From NCBI RefSeq assembly GCF_003790525.1, contig NZ_CP033635.1: DNA of 64,000 bases. One strand, given 5' to 3'. The position numbers and the translations under genes are program-made. This document shows, in pieces, positions 30,977 to 47,697 of this stretch; within the stretch, counting starts at the first letter, position 1, and each line of letters starts with the position of its first letter. The DNA is from Escherichia coli (lineage in GTDB: Bacteria; Pseudomonadota; Gammaproteobacteria; Enterobacterales; Enterobacteriaceae). The notes under the pieces are model-generated. The model made no database searches, was not told the DNA's origin, and saw nothing but the letters and a program-made list of their open reading frames with translations.

Positions 30977-31417
30977 ATGGACAAGCAACGCGGTTTTACA
31001 CTTATCGAACTGATGGTGGTTATTGGCATCATTGCCATTTTAAGCGCCATTGGTATTCCCGCTTATCAAAACTACCTGCGCAAAGCCGCACTCACCGACA
31101 TGCTACAAACCTTTGTGCCTTACCGTACCGCCGTAGAGTTGTGCGCGCTGGAACATGGTGGATTAAATACCTGCGACGGTGGCAGCAATGGTATTCCTTC
31201 GCCTACCACCACCCGCTATGTTTCAGCCATGAGTGTGGCAAAGGGCGTGGTGTCGCTGACCGGGCAAGAAAGTCTCAATGGGCTAAGCGTCGTCATGACG
31301 CCGGGTTGGGATAACGCAAACGGCGTCACCGGCTGGACGCGCAACTGCAATATTCAAAGTGACAGCGCATTGCAGCAAGCCTGCGAAGATGTCTTCCGCT
31401 TTGATGACGCCAACTAA
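30977..31417 (+). CDS. ppdD: Type IV prepilin-like major pilin PpdD
   Basis: 146 aa; prepilin leader MDKQRGFTLIELMVVIGIIAIL (N-methyl-Phe pilin signature). Confidence 0.93.
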   Translation: MDKQRGFTLIELMVVIGIIAILSAIGIPAYQNYLRKAALTDMLQTFVPYRTAVELCALEHGGLNTCDGGSNGIPSPTTTRYVSAMSVAKGVVSLTGQESLNGLSVVMTPGWDNANGVTGWTRNCNIQSDSALQQACEDVFRFDDAN

Positions 31418-31426
31418 GGAGCGGCA

Positions 31427-32812
31427 ATGAATATTCCACAGCTCACCGCCCTGTGTCTGCGTTATCAGGGAGTCTTGCTGGATGCCAGCGAAGAGGTGGT
31501 TCATGTTGCGGTAGTCGATGCACCTTCGCATGAGCTACTGGACGCATTGCATTTCGCTACCACCAAACGTATTGAGATCACCTGCTGGACGCGCCAACAA
31601 ATGGAAGGTCACGCCAGTCGCACACAACAGACATTGCCCGTAGCTGTTCAGGAGAAGCATCAGCCCAAAGCAGAGTTGCTGACTAGAACGTTACAGTCTG
31701 CGCTGGAACAACGCGCGTCTGATATTCATATCGAACCAGCGGACAATGCCTACCGCATCCGCTTGCGTATCGACGGCGTATTGCATCCTTTACCGGTCGT
31801 TTCACCGGATGCCGGAGTCGCATTAACCGCCAGATTAAAAGTGCTGGGAAATCTGGATATTGCGGAACATCGCCTGCCGCAGGACGGGCAATTCACTGTC
31901 GAACTGGCAGGAAACGCCGTCTCATTTCGTATTGCGACCTTACCATGTCGGGGTGGTGAAAAGGTGGTATTAAGGTTGTTACAGCAGGTGAGCCAGGCAC
32001 TGGATGTTAACACGCTGGGAATGCAGCCGTTACAACTGGCGGACTTTGCTCATGCATTGCAACAACCACAGGGATTGGTGCTGGTAACTGGCCCTACAGG
32101 CAGCGGCAAAACGGTCACGCTTTATAGTGCCCTGCAAACGCTGAATACCGCTGACATTAATATTTGTAGCGTCGAAGATCCGGTTGAGATCCCCATAGCC
32201 GGACTAAACCAGACGCAAATCCATTCGCGTGCCGGACTCACCTTTCAGGGCGTTTTGCGTGCGTTATTGCGCCAGGATCCTGACGTCATCATGATCGGAG
32301 AGATCCGCGATGGCGAAACGGCAGAAATTGCCATTAAAGCCGCGCAAACCGGTCACCTGGTGTTGTCTACCCTACACACTAATTCCACCTGCGAAACGCT
32401 GGTACGTTTACAGCAAATGGGAGTCGCCCGCTGGATGCTATCATCGGCGCTTACGCTGGTAATAGCCCAGCGTCTGGTACGCAAACTTTGCCCGCATTGT
32501 CGCCGGCAGCAAGGGGAGCCCATCCATATTCCAGACAATGTATGGCCGTCGCCGCTGCCCCACTGGCAGGCACCCGGTTGTGTACATTGCTACCACGGTT
32601 TTTATGGTCGTACGGCCTTATTTGAAGTTCTACCCATAACACCGATCATACGCCAGCTTATTTCCGCTAATACCGACGTTGAATCGCTGGAAACACACGC
32701 CCGACAGGCGGGTATGCGTACGCTTTTTGAAAACGGCTGCCTGGCCGTGGAGCAAGGCTTAACCACCTTTGAAGAGTTAATCCGCGTATTGGGGATGCCG
32801 CATGGCGAGTAA
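31427..32812 (+). CDS. hofB: Type IV pilus assembly ATPase HofB (PilB/GspE family)
   Basis: 461 aa; Walker A GPTGSGKT; CxxC...CxxC tetracysteine motif. Confidence 0.93.
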   Translation: MNIPQLTALCLRYQGVLLDASEEVVHVAVVDAPSHELLDALHFATTKRIEITCWTRQQMEGHASRTQQTLPVAVQEKHQPKAELLTRTLQSALEQRASDIHIEPADNAYRIRLRIDGVLHPLPVVSPDAGVALTARLKVLGNLDIAEHRLPQDGQFTVELAGNAVSFRIATLPCRGGEKVVLRLLQQVSQALDVNTLGMQPLQLADFAHALQQPQGLVLVTGPTGSGKTVTLYSALQTLNTADINICSVEDPVEIPIAGLNQTQIHSRAGLTFQGVLRALLRQDPDVIMIGEIRDGETAEIAIKAAQTGHLVLSTLHTNSTCETLVRLQQMGVARWMLSSALTLVIAQRLVRKLCPHCRRQQGEPIHIPDNVWPSPLPHWQAPGCVHCYHGFYGRTALFEVLPITPIIRQLISANTDVESLETHARQAGMRTLFENGCLAVEQGLTTFEELIRVLGMPHGE

Positions 32813-34004
32813 GCAACTCTGGCGCTGGCATGGCATAACCGGCGACGGCAATGCGCAAGATGGGATGCTATGGGCTGAGAGCCGTGCTTTGCTGCTCATA
32901 GCACTACAGCAACAGATGGTTACCCCACTTAGCCTGAAGCGAATCGCCATCAATTCTGCGCAGTGGCGAGGAGATAAAAGCGCGGAAGTCATTCATCAAC
33001 TGGCGACGCTACTCAAAGCCGGGTTAACGCTTTCTGAAGGGCTGGCACTGCTCGCGGAACAGCATCCCAGTAAGCAATGGCAAGCGTTGCTGCAATCGCT
33101 GGCGTACGATCTCGAACAGGGCATTGCTTTTTCCAATGCCTTATTACCCTGGTCAGAGGTATTTCCGCCGCTCTATCAGGCGATGATCCGCACGGGTGAA
33201 CTGACCGGTAAGCTGGATGAATGCTGCTTTGAACTGGCGCGTCAGCAAAAAGCCCAGCGTCAGTTGACCGACAAAGTGAAATCAGCGTTACGTTATCCCA
33301 TTATCATTTTAGCGATGGCAATCATGGTGGTTGTGGCAATGCTGCATTTTGTTCTACCGGAGTTTGCCGCTATCTATAAGATCTTTAACACTCCGCTACC
33401 GGCGCTAACGCAGGGGATCATGACGCTGGCAAGTTTTAGTGGCGAATGGGGTTGGTTGCTGGTGCTATTCGGCTTTCTGCTGGCGATAGCCAATAAGCTG
33501 CTGATGCGCCACCCAACCAGGCTTATCGCACGGCAGAAATTGCTGTTACGCATCCCGATTATGGGTTCACTGATGCGGGGACAAAAACTCACGCAGATCT
33601 TTACGATTCTGACGCTGACACAAAGTGCAGGCATTTCTTTTTTACAGGGCGTTGAGAGCGTCAGAGAAACAATGCGCTGCCCGTACTGGGTGCAACTTCT
33701 GACACAAATCCAGCACGATATCAGTAACGGTCACCCCATCTGGCTGGCGCTAAAAAATGCCGGTGAGTTTAGCCCGCTCTGTTTGCAATTAGTGAGAACA
33801 GGAGAGGCATCCGGCTCGCTGGATCTCATGTTAGACAACCTCGCCCATCATCATCGGGATAACACAATGGCGCTGGCGGATAACCTCGCAGCCTTACTGG
33901 AACCGGCGTTGCTGATCATAACGGGAGGAATTATCGGTACGCTGGTGGTGGCAATGTATCTGCCAATTTTCCATTTAGGCGATGCGATGAGTGGAATGGG
34001 ATAA
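32802..34004 (+). CDS. hofC: Type IV pilus platform protein HofC (PilC/GspF family)
   Basis: 400 aa polytopic membrane protein; overlaps hofB 3' end. Confidence 0.93.
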   Translation: MASKQLWRWHGITGDGNAQDGMLWAESRALLLIALQQQMVTPLSLKRIAINSAQWRGDKSAEVIHQLATLLKAGLTLSEGLALLAEQHPSKQWQALLQSLAYDLEQGIAFSNALLPWSEVFPPLYQAMIRTGELTGKLDECCFELARQQKAQRQLTDKVKSALRYPIIILAMAIMVVVAMLHFVLPEFAAIYKIFNTPLPALTQGIMTLASFSGEWGWLLVLFGFLLAIANKLLMRHPTRLIARQKLLLRIPIMGSLMRGQKLTQIFTILTLTQSAGISFLQGVESVRETMRCPYWVQLLTQIQHDISNGHPIWLALKNAGEFSPLCLQLVRTGEASGSLDLMLDNLAHHHRDNTMALADNLAALLEPALLIITGGIIGTLVVAMYLPIFHLGDAMSGMG

Positions 34005-34034
34005 CGCTGGCGTGTTGCTCCACGCCAGCGTTGG
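34004..34034. terminator. Bidirectional terminator between hofC and guaC
   Basis: Perfect 10-bp stem cgctggcgtg/cacgccagcg (34005-34014 / 34021-34030), loop ttgctc, followed by ttggtatatt. Confidence 0.65.
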
Positions 34035-34038
34035 TATA

Positions 34039-35082
34039 TTACAGGTTGTTGAAGATGCGGTTTTCTTGTTCCTGCACACGGATAAATGTGGTGCGCTTGG
34101 TCAGCTCTTTCAGGCGTGAAGCCCCAACGTATGTACAAGCTGAACGCAGGCCGCCCAAAATATCACGCGCGGTATTTTCAACCGGGCCTCGCAGCGGCAG
34201 CTTAACGGTTTTACCTTCTGCTGCGCGATATTCCGCAACGCAGCCAACGTGACGTTTCATCGCAGACTCTGAGCTCATGCCGTAGAACAGCATAAATTTC
34301 TCGCCGTTCTCCTCAACGATGCGACCGCCGCTCTCTTCGTGGCCCGCCAGCATGCCGCCAAGCATGACGAAATCGGCACCGCCGCCAAAGGCTTTCGCGA
34401 CATCGCCCGGCGTGGTGCAGCCACCGTCGCTGACGATCATTCCGCCCAGACCGTGCGCAGCATCGGCACATTCGATTACCGCAGAAAGTTGCGGATAACC
34501 GACGCCTGTTTTGACGCGAGTTGTACAAACAGAACCTGGGCCAATGCCAACTTTAACGATATCGGCACCGGAGAGGATAAGCTCCTCACACATTTCACCA
34601 GTCACTACGTTGCCAGCACAAATGGTTTTGGTCGGCCACGCTTCACGCGCTTTCGCAACGAACTGCACGAAGTGTTCGGAATAACCATTCGCCACGTCAA
34701 TACAAACGAAGTTTAATGCCGGGTTCAGGTCGAGAATCTGTTTAGTTTTTTCGAAATCCGCATCAGACGTGCCGGTAGAAACCATCACATGTTTCAGCAC
34801 ATCAGCGGAAGAATTGTTGATAAACGCTTGCCACTCTTCGACAGAATAGTGTTTATGCACAGCAGTCAAAATATCAAAAGAAGCCAGCGCAGAGGCCATA
34901 GAAAATGTGCCTACGGTGTCCATATTTGCGGCGATAATCGGCACGCCGGACCAGCTCTGACCTGAATGTTTGAAGGTGAATTGACGTTCCAGTTCAACAT
35001 CGGAACGGCTTTTAAGAGTGGAGCGTTTAGGGCGGATGAGAACGTCTTTAAAACCTAACTTCAGATCTTCTTCAATACGCAT
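34039..35082 (-). CDS. guaC: GMP reductase
   Basis: 347 aa, [35 protein letters not shown]... Confidence 0.97.
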   Translation of the reverse strand: MRIEEDLKLGFKDVLIRPKRSTLKSRSDVELERQFTFKHSGQSWSGVPIIAANMDTVGTFSMASALASFDILTAVHKHYSVEEWQAFINNSSADVLKHVMVSTGTSDADFEKTKQILDLNPALNFVCIDVANGYSEHFVQFVAKAREAWPTKTICAGNVVTGEMCEELILSGADIVKVGIGPGSVCTTRVKTGVGYPQLSAVIECADAAHGLGGMIVSDGGCTTPGDVAKAFGGGADFVMLGGMLAGHEESGGRIVEENGEKFMLFYGMSSESAMKRHVGCVAEYRAAEGKTVKLPLRGPVENTARDILGGLRSACTYVGASRLKELTKRTTFIRVQEQENRIFNNL

Positions 35083-35306
35083 GTGCGGATTCCTGGGGTT
35101 AATGGCTATAAGGGTAAGAGCGCAACTCCAGTGACGCTATCATACGCACTAATCAATGCGGCGCAAGACTGCGAAATTGTCTTTTTTTACGCTACAATCC
35201 CATAAATTTACCTGGTAAATAGTGAGCGAACGTTTCATCAATTTCGCTTTCGTGCGCTCATTTTTAACGTTTTGATAATCATGATGAATTCCCGGGAATA
35301 TAAATT

Positions 35307-35927
35307 ATGAGGTATATAGTTGCCTTAACGGGAGGCATTGGCAGTGGCAAGAGTACCGTTGCCAATGCGTTTGCTGATCTCGGAATTAACGTCATTGATG
35401 CCGATATTATTGCGCGTCAGGTGGTTGAACCAGGTGCACCTGCGCTACATGCCATTGCTGATCACTTTGGCGCTAACATGATTGCTGCTGATGGAACATT
35501 GCAGCGCCGGGCCTTGCGCGAGCGGATCTTCGCCAACCCGGAAGAGAAAAACTGGCTTAACGCCCTGCTGCATCCGCTGATTCAGCAAGAGACGCAACAC
35601 CAGATCCAGCAAGCAACTTCCCCCTATGTACTGTGGGTTGTGCCATTGCTGGTAGAAAACTCACTGTATAAAAAAGCGAATCGAGTGCTGGTGGTGGATG
35701 TCAGCCCAGAAACGCAACTTAAGCGCACCATGCAGCGCGACGATGTAACTCGCGAGCATGTCGAACAAATCCTTGCTGCTCAGGCAACGCGCGAAGCTCG
35801 CCTTGCCGTGGCAGATGACGTCATTGATAATAACGGCGCACCGGATGCAATCGCATCGGATGTTGCCCGCCTGCACGCACACTATTTGCAGCTTGCGTCG
35901 CAGTTTGTCTCACAGGAAAAACCGTAA
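35307..35927 (+). CDS. coaE: Dephospho-CoA kinase
   Basis: 206 aa; P-loop GGIGSGKST. Confidence 0.95.
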
Positions 35928-36670
35928 TGCAGACCCAGGTCCTTTTTGAACATCCACTAAATGAAAAAATGCGTACATGGCTGCGCATTGAGTTTTTGAT
36001 TCAGCAACTCACCGTTAATCTACCCATCGTTGACCACGCTGGCGCGCTGCATTTCTTCCGTAATGTCAGTGAATTACTGGATGTTTTCGAGCGCGGCGAA
36101 GTCCGCACTGAGCTGTTGAAAGAACTTGACCGGCAGCAACGTAAACTCCAGACCTGGATTGGCGTGCCTGGCGTGGACCAGAGCCGTATTGAAGCATTAA
36201 TTCAGCAGTTAAAAGCGGCGGGGAGCGTATTAATTTCCGCGCCGCGTATCGGGCAATTTCTGCGTGAAGATCGTTTGATTGCTCTGGTGCGTCAGCGACT
36301 GAGCATCCCAGGCGGCTGTTGTAGCTTTGATTTACCTACATTGCACATTTGGCTGCATCTACCCCAGGCGCAGCGCGACAGCCAGGTAGAAACCTGGATT
36401 GCCAGCCTGAACCCGCTCACCCAGGCACTTACCATGGTGCTGGATTTAATTCGCCAGTCGGCCCCCTTCCGTAAACAAACCAGCCTGAATGGTTTTTATC
36501 AGGATAACGGTGGCGATGCCGACTTGCTGCGCCTGAATCTGTCACTCGATTCACAGCTTTATCCGCAAATTTCCGGTCATAAGAGCCGTTTTGCCATTCG
36601 TTTTATGCCGCTGGACAGTGAAAACGGACAGGTACCAGAACGTCTGGATTTCGAACTGGCCTGTTGCTAA
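35927..36670 (+). CDS. zapD: Cell division protein ZapD (YacF)
   Basis: 247 aa, [24 protein letters not shown]...; start overlaps the coaE stop. Confidence 0.93.
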
Positions 36671-36679
36671 GGAGTAAAA

Positions 36680-36877
36680 ATGTCAGAAACTATTACGGTG
36701 AATTGCCCAACCTGCGGGAAAACGGTGGTGTGGGGTGAAATCAGCCCGTTTCGGCCATTTTGTTCCAAACGTTGCCAGCTGATCGACCTCGGAGAATGGG
36801 CTGCTGAAGAAAAACGAATCCCCAGCAGTGGCGATCTTTCCGAAAGCGATGACTGGAGCGAAGAGCCAAAGCAGTGA
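36680..36877 (+). CDS. yacG: DNA gyrase inhibitor YacG (zinc finger)
   Basis: 65 aa; CPTCGK...CSKRCQ zinc-ribbon. Confidence 0.93.
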
Positions 36878-36885
36878 CATTTTGT

Positions 36886-36976
36886 CTGATGCGACGCTGG
36901 CCTGATAAGACGCGGGCAGCGTCGCATCAGGCATCGTGTGCAAATGTCGGATGCGGCATAAACACCTATCCGACGT
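36886..36976. repeat. REP-like palindromic elements between yacG and mutT
   Basis: Perfect 14-bp inverted repeat ctgatgcgacgctg/cagcgtcgcatcag (36886-36899 / 36917-36930) and a second palindrome gtcggat/atccgac (36946-36952 / 36968-36974); tgatgcgacgct is REP-like. Confidence 0.65.
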
Positions 36977-37364
36977 ACACGCGCTTAAGCTTCGCAATTA
37001 CCGGTTCATTGGCTGGCGGAAACTCATCGGCATTAAGACCGACCAGCGACATCCACTTACCGGGTTGCCCTTCTTTACCCCACGGCTCCCCTTCCCAGCT
37101 TTCGACCAGCCAGAACCACAGAGTTATATGCCTGTCCGGGAATTCATATTCCAGTTTTTCAAATAGCGAAAAATGTTGTGGGGTAATCCCGACCTCTTCC
37201 TGAAGTTCACGCACCACCGCCTGTTCCGGCGTTTCGCTCATTTCAATTTTACCGCCGGGAAACTCCAGTTTATTCGCCATGTGCGCATCTGCTGCGCGAC
37301 GGGTTATAAAGATTTCATTGTTCTCGTTGCGAATAATACCTACCGCAATTTGCAGCTTTTTCAT
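36966..37364 (-). CDS. mutT: 8-oxo-dGTP diphosphatase MutT (Nudix)
   Basis: 132 aa; Nudix box GGKIEMSETPEQAVVRELQEEVG; last codons lie inside the REP palindrome. Confidence 0.93.
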   Translation of the reverse strand: MKKLQIAVGIIRNENNEIFITRRAADAHMANKLEFPGGKIEMSETPEQAVVRELQEEVGITPQHFSLFEKLEYEFPDRHITLWFWLVESWEGEPWGKEGQPGKWMSLVGLNADEFPPANEPVIAKLKRVYVG

Positions 37365-37375
37365 TGTCTTAAACC

Positions 37376-37409
37376 TATAAAAAAGGCGCAGAATCCTGCG
37401 CCTTTTACT
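37376..37409 (-). terminator. Rho-independent terminator after secA
   Basis: Stem ggcgcag/ctgcgcc (37385-37391 / 37396-37402), loop aatc; minus-strand transcript ends in a U run; A-tract on the other side. Confidence 0.8.
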
Positions 37410-37423
37410 TCAACTGTTAGCTT

Positions 37424-40129
37424 TTATTGCAGGCGACCATGGCACTGCTTGTATTTTTTACCAGAACCGCACGGGCAAGGATCGTTACGTCCTACTTTGC
37501 GCTCACCGGTTTGCGCCGCCAGTGCAGCTGCAGCTGCAGAGTCGTCATCCTGATGGCTAAGCTGCTGCATTTGCGCTAAACGCTCGGCTTCCATACGACG
37601 CTGTTGTTCCAGCTCCTCAACCTCTTCAGGCATACGTACCTGAACTTTGCTCAGCGTGCTGATAACTTCATATTTCAACGACTCCAGCATCGCTGCAAAC
37701 ATGGAGAACGATTCACGTTTGTATTCCTGCTTCGGATCTTTCTGTGCATAGCCACGCAGGTGGATACCCTGACGCAGATAGTCCATCGCCGCCAGGTGCT
37801 CTTTCCACAGAGAGTCGAGAGTTTGCAGCATGACGCCTTTTTCGAAGTGACGCATCATCTCAGCACCAACCACTTCTTCTTTACGCTGATACACTTCGAT
37901 GGACTGCGCCAGAATGCGCTCACGCAGCGTCTCTTCATGCAGTTCTGGTTCTTTATCCAGCCACTCGGCAATTGGCAAATCGAGGTCGAAATCGTTCTTC
38001 AGACGTTCCTGCAGTCCCGGAATATCCCACATTTCTTCCAGCGACTGTGGCGGAATGTAGGCATCAATGGTCGCTTTGAACACATCTTCACGAATGCTGT
38101 TGATGGTTTCGCTCACATCGCTGACATCCAGCAGTTCGTTACGCTGGGAGTAAATGGCGCGACGCTGATCGTTAGCCACGTCATCATATTCCAGCAGTTG
38201 CTTACGAATGTCGAAGTTACGACTTTCAACTTTACGCTGGGCGTTGGCAATCGCTTTAGTCACCCACGGGTGTTCAATGGCTTCGCCTGGCTTCATACCC
38301 AGTTTACGCATCATGCCGGATACTCGGTCGGAAGCAAAAATACGCATCAGCGCATCTTCCATCGACAGGTAGAAACGGGAAGAACCAGCATCCCCCTGAC
38401 GACCAGAACGACCGCGCAACTGGTTATCGATACGACGGGATTCGTGACGTTCAGTACCGATGATATGCAGGCCACCTGCTTCCAGTACCGCATCGTGACG
38501 AACCTGCCAGTCGGCCTTAATTTTTTCAATTTGCTCTGCGGTCGGATTTTCCAGCGCGGCAACTTCTGCCTGCCAGCTACCACCGAGCACAATATCTGTA
38601 CCACGACCCGCCATGTTGGTCGCGATAGTCACCGCAGCCGGATAACCTGCCTGAGCAACAATCGCCGCTTCGTTGGCATGGAATTTGGCGTTCAGGACGT
38701 TGTGCTTAATACCGGCTTTGGTCAGTTCGTTTGACACCAGCTCAGATTTTTCGATGGAGATAGTACCCACCAGCACCGGCTGGCCTTTCGCAGTACGTTC
38801 TTTGATATCTTCAATGATCGCCTGAATTTTTTCCGCTTCAGTCATGTAGACCAGGTCCGGCAGATCTTTACGAATCATTGGACGGTTGGTCGGAACAACG
38901 ACGGTATCCAGCTTATAGATGGAGCTGAATTCGAAAGCTTCGGTATCAGCAGTACCGGTCATCCCCGCCAGTTTTTCATACAGACGGAAGTAGTTCTGGA
39001 AGGTGATCGACGCCAGCGTCTGGTTTTCGTTCTGGATCTGTACACCTTCTTTCGCTTCCACTGCCTGATGCAGGCCATCGGACCAACGACGTCCCTGCAT
39101 GGTACGACCGGTGTGTTCGTCAACGATGATAACTTCACCATCTTTAACGATGTAGTCGACGTCTCGGGTAAACAGCGCATGAGCGCGCAGCGCCGCCGTT
39201 ACGTGGTGCATCAGCATGATGTTTGCCGGAGAGTACAGAGACTCCCCTTCATCCATGATGCCTTCTTTCACCAGCAGTTCTTCAATCAGCACCAGACCAC
39301 GTTCGGTCAGGTTCACCTGGCGAGATTTTTCGTCCACCGAGAAGTGGCCTTCGCCCTGGAAGGTTTCGGAGTCTTCTTTTTCCTGACGGATCAGGTGTGG
39401 AATAATTTTATTCACGCGTTTATACATTTCCGAGCTGTCTTCTGCCGGGCCGGAAATGATCAGCGGTGTACGCGCTTCATCGATCAGGATGGAGTCCACT
39501 TCGTCCACCAGCGCATAGTGCAGTTTACGCTGTACACGTTCTTCAGGACTGAACGCCATGTTGTCGCGCAGGTAGTCAAAGCCGTATTCGTTGTTCGTAC
39601 CGTAAGTGATGTCAGCTGCGTAAGCTTCACGCTTTGCCGGTGCTGGCATGCCCGGCAGGTTGATACCAACAGTCAGGCCAAGGAATTCAAACAGCGGACG
39701 GTTGTTTTCGGCGTCACGTTGCGCCAGGTAGTCGTTGACGGTAACTACATGCACGCCTTTACCGGTTAGTGCGTTCAGGTAAGCAGGCAGCGTTGCGGTC
39801 AGGGTTTTACCTTCACCGGTACGCATTTCGGCGATGCAGCGTTCGTTAAGAACCATACCGCCGAGTAACTGAACGTCGAAGTGACGCATACCAAAAACAC
39901 GCTTACTGGCTTCACGCACCACAGCGAAGGCTTCCGGGATCAAGTTTTCCAGCACTTCGCCTTTTTCCAGACGCGCGCGGAACTCTGCGGTTTTCCCTTT
40001 CAGTTCTTCATCGGAGAGTTTTTCCATCTCCGGTTCCATGGCATTGATGATGTTGACCACTTTGCGCATCCGGCGCAGGGTGCGATCGTTACGACTACCG
40101 AAAACTTTAGTTAATAATTTGATTAGCAT
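37424..40129 (-). CDS. secA: Preprotein translocase ATPase SecA
   Basis: 901 aa, [25 protein letters not shown]...; C-terminal zinc motif [14 protein letters not shown]. Confidence 0.98.
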
Positions 40130-40190
40130 AATAAAATCTCAAACGCCCCGCGTTGCGGAGTCAATAAAATGAAGTAAAGGTTTATTGTTG

Positions 40191-40871
<681 letters not shown>

Positions 40872-40933
40872 TCACCTGGCCGGAGAGAGTGCCAGATTTG
40901 CCAGTCGAATTTTATACGACAGTATAAATGTCG

Positions 40934-41872
<939 letters not shown>

Positions 41873-41951
41873 CTATCCAACCGAAGTGTACTATACATTC
41901 GGCGGGCCAGTTTAGCACAAAGAGCCTCGAAACCCAAATTCCAGTCAATTC

Positions 41952-43103
41952 TTAATCAGCTTGCTTACGCAGGAATGCTGGGATATCCAGATAATCTGGC
42001 TCTTTCGCAGTTTGCGGCGCATTGTCATTCACGACTTTAGCAACCGGCTTCTGCTCCTGGGTCAGCGGAGCCATCCCGTGCTGCTGGTAGCGATCCATCA
42101 CTGGCTGCTGAACCTGCTTATTGGTCACCAGAGTGATTTCAGGACGTTTGTCCATGCCGATACCTGTCGCAACAACAGTTACGCGCAGCTCGTCATTCAT
42201 ATCCGGGTCAAGAGAAGTACCGATAACCACAGTCGCGTTGTCGGAAGCAAATGCACGGATGGTGTTACCTACCGTTTCGAACTCATCCAGACGCAGGTCG
42301 AAGCCCGCTGTGATGTTAACCAGCACGCCGCGCGCGCCAGACAGGTCGATATCTTCCAGCAGCGGAGAAGAGATAGCCATTTCAGCAGCTTCTTCCGCAC
42401 GGTCTTCACCGCTCGCCACGCCAGAACCCATCATTGCGTAGCCCATTTCAGACATTACGGTGCGAACGTCTGCAAAGTCCACGTTCATCAAACCCGGACG
42501 CGTAATCAGTTCGGCGATACCTTGTACAGCACCTTTCAGTACATCGTTCGCTGCGCCAAACGCATCCAGCAGGGAGATACCGCGGCCCAGAACTTTCAGC
42601 AGTTTGTCGTTCGGGATAGTGATCAAAGAGTCCACATGCTTGGACAGTTCAGTGATCCCCTGCTCCGCGAATGCCATACGCTTCTTGCCTTCAAAGTTGA
42701 AGGGCTTAGTGACGACAGCAACGGTCAGGATACCCAAATCTTTTGCCACTTCAGCGACGACTGGTGCTGCACCTGTACCGGTACCACCACCCATACCCGC
42801 AGCAATAAAGACCATGTCTGCACCTTCCAGCGCCGCACGCAGTGCATCGCGATCCTCATCAGCCGCATTGCGGCCAACTTCTGGATTAGCGCCAGCTCCC
42901 AGTCCTTTGGTGATACCGCTACCGATTTGAATCGTCTGTCCAACCGCTGTTTTACGCAGCGCTTGTGCATCGGTATTTACCGCGAAGAATTCAACACCTT
43001 CAATGCGCTCGCGCACCATGTGTTCAACAGCATTACCGCCGCCGCCGCCGACGCCGATGACTTTAATCACCGCGTCATTGGTAAGTTCCATTGGTTCAAA
43101 CAT
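41952..43103 (-). CDS. ftsZ: Cell division GTPase FtsZ
   Basis: 383 aa; tubulin signature GGGTGTG. Confidence 0.98.
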
Positions 43104-43164
43104 AGTTTCTCTCCGATTTGTGCCTGTCGCCTGAGGCCGTAATCATCGTCGGCCTCATAAAAAA

Positions 43165-44427
43165 TTAAAACTCTTTTCGCAGCCAACTATTGAGTCGCTT
43201 GATCCACGAGCCAACTGATGCTGTAACACGTTTTTCTACTTCAGCTTCACCGTTAAGATGTGACTCTTTCCCATAGTGAAGCAATCCCACCGCCGTCGAA
43301 TAATACGGCTCCTGAGCATAATCCGTTAAACCGGTAATGTTCAGCGGCGCGCCGATACGCACTTGCGTATGAAACACGCGCTGAGCACAGGCTGCAAGAC
43401 CTTCGATCTGCGCTGCGCCACCGGTTAATACAATGCCTGCCGCCAGGTGATGTTTAACCCCTTGTTGGCGAAGCTTTTCCTGCAACTGCAATATCTCTTC
43501 GTTGACCAGATTGAGCAGCTCGGTATAGCGCGGCTCGATCACCTCTGCCAGGGTCTGACGTTGCAGACTCCGCGGCGGACGGCCGCCTACGCTCGGCACT
43601 TCCACGCTCTCATCTTTTCCAACGATGGAGCCCAGCGCACAACCGTGGCGAACTTTAATCGCTTCGGCGTCACTTGGCGGTGTGCCAAAGGCGTAAGCGA
43701 TATCACTGGTCACGACATTGCCAGCATAAGGAATTACCTTCGTGTGGCGCAATGCCCCACCGGTATAAACGGCGATATCCATTGTACCACCACCGATATC
43801 GACAACGCAGACACCCAGTTCACGTTCATCTTCCGTCAATACCGAATAACTTGATGCCAGTCCGGCAAATATCAGTTGGTCAACTTTCAGCCCACAACGT
43901 TCAACCGCTTTGACGATGTTTTTCGCCATATCGTTGTGACATGTGATCAGGTGCACTTTTGCCTGCATCCGCACGCCCGAAAGTCCTACCGGATTCTTGA
44001 TCCCTTCCTGATAGTCAATCGCATACTCTTGCGGGATCACATGCAGCACACGATGCTCATCGCGCACACGCACCGATTTCGCGGTATGGACGACGTTTTC
44101 CACATCTTCTTGCGTCACTTCTTCTTCAGAAATAGGCACCATACCAATTTCATTCTGGCAGCTGATGTGCTTACCAGAAAGCGCCAGATATACCGAAGAG
44201 ATCTGACAATCTGCCATCAATTCTGCCTGGTCAATGGCGCGTTGTACGCACTTGACCACGGATTCGAGGTCGTTCACCCCGCCTTTATCCATACCACGCG
44301 ACGGGCAGCTGCCCACGCCAATGATATTGACCATACCGTCGGGCAGAACTTCCCCTACTAAAGCGGCAACCTTCGCGGTACCAATCTCCAGTCCTACTAC
44401 CAGTTTTCTGTCCGTCGCCTTGATCAT
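43165..44427 (-). CDS. ftsA: Cell division protein FtsA
   Basis: 420 aa, [27 protein letters not shown]... Confidence 0.97.
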   Translation of the reverse strand: MIKATDRKLVVGLEIGTAKVAALVGEVLPDGMVNIIGVGSCPSRGMDKGGVNDLESVVKCVQRAIDQAELMADCQISSVYLALSGKHISCQNEIGMVPISEEEVTQEDVENVVHTAKSVRVRDEHRVLHVIPQEYAIDYQEGIKNPVGLSGVRMQAKVHLITCHNDMAKNIVKAVERCGLKVDQLIFAGLASSYSVLTEDERELGVCVVDIGGGTMDIAVYTGGALRHTKVIPYAGNVVTSDIAYAFGTPPSDAEAIKVRHGCALGSIVGKDESVEVPSVGGRPPRSLQRQTLAEVIEPRYTELLNLVNEEILQLQEKLRQQGVKHHLAAGIVLTGGAAQIEGLAACAQRVFHTQVRIGAPLNITGLTDYAQEPYYSTAVGLLHYGKESHLNGEAEVEKRVTASVGSWIKRLNSWLRKEF

Positions 44428-45254
44428 TGTTGTTCTGCCTGTGCCTGATTTTGTTGCTGAGTAGATTCCTCTGGCGGCAAGGGCGCCCAGCCTACTGCCG
44501 CTCCAGAGTCATAACGCAAATCAACGTAGCTAATCCGTTTGCCATCGGTTTGCGCCTGCTGCTGTAAAACCGGATAAAGTTCTACAAAGCGAGCCAAACG
44601 TTTCATCGTATCGCCCCGGCCAAGATTGAGCTTAATATCGTTATTCAGCGTCAACTGCCAGGAACGCCGCGCGGTCATCGCCGCTTCCTTCAGAGTAAAT
44701 CTGTCCTTTGCCAGCATCTGCCCCATTTCGCGATAGCCCTGCAACACTTCATTGGCGCTGCCTTCCGGGCCATACAGCATTGGAAGCACCTGCTTGCTGG
44801 TGCGATCTGGCGGCACGCTGAAAGTGTTTCCTTCCGCGTCTACCATATGTTGATCATTCCACCGCGCAATCGGCACATATTCAACCAGATGAATCTTCAA
44901 TTCATCAGGCCACTGCTTTCTGACGCTCACCTGCTTAATCCACGGCAGGCGTTGTTCTATTTGCGTCTGGATGATGTTGACATCCTGGGTCATAAAGGTA
45001 CCTGGCTCACCCAATGCCAGGATCGACTGCCGGATATCGTCATTACGCGTGTAATGGCGTTCACCGGTCAACACCAGCTTTGAGAGCGGCAGGCGTTGCG
45101 CATCTTCCATCCAGCCCAACACGACCCAGCCGCTCACCAACACTGTCGTTAAAACGGTCAGCAGGAAAAGGATCCCCGCCAGACGCGTTCCATTATTGCG
45201 GCGAGAAGAAACCTCTTCTTCGCTATTTCGCGTGTTCAGAGCAGCCTGCGACAT
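44424..45254 (-). CDS. ftsQ: Cell division protein FtsQ
   Basis: 276 aa, single TM then POTRA domain; overlaps ftsA start. Confidence 0.95.
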   Translation of the reverse strand: MSQAALNTRNSEEEVSSRRNNGTRLAGILFLLTVLTTVLVSGWVVLGWMEDAQRLPLSKLVLTGERHYTRNDDIRQSILALGEPGTFMTQDVNIIQTQIEQRLPWIKQVSVRKQWPDELKIHLVEYVPIARWNDQHMVDAEGNTFSVPPDRTSKQVLPMLYGPEGSANEVLQGYREMGQMLAKDRFTLKEAAMTARRSWQLTLNNDIKLNLGRGDTMKRLARFVELYPVLQQQAQTDGKRISYVDLRYDSGAAVGWAPLPPEESTQQQNQAQAEQQ

Positions 45255-45255
45255 A

Positions 45256-47644
<2,389 letters not shown>

Positions 47645-47697
47645 TCTTTACGCCATTAACTTCTTAAATTCATACGATGCAAAAGGCATCGCTACAA

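Noticed and set aside
30775..31314. 179-aa plus-strand ORF overlapping ppdD in another frame
   Set aside because: Out of frame with the clearly real prepilin gene; no support.
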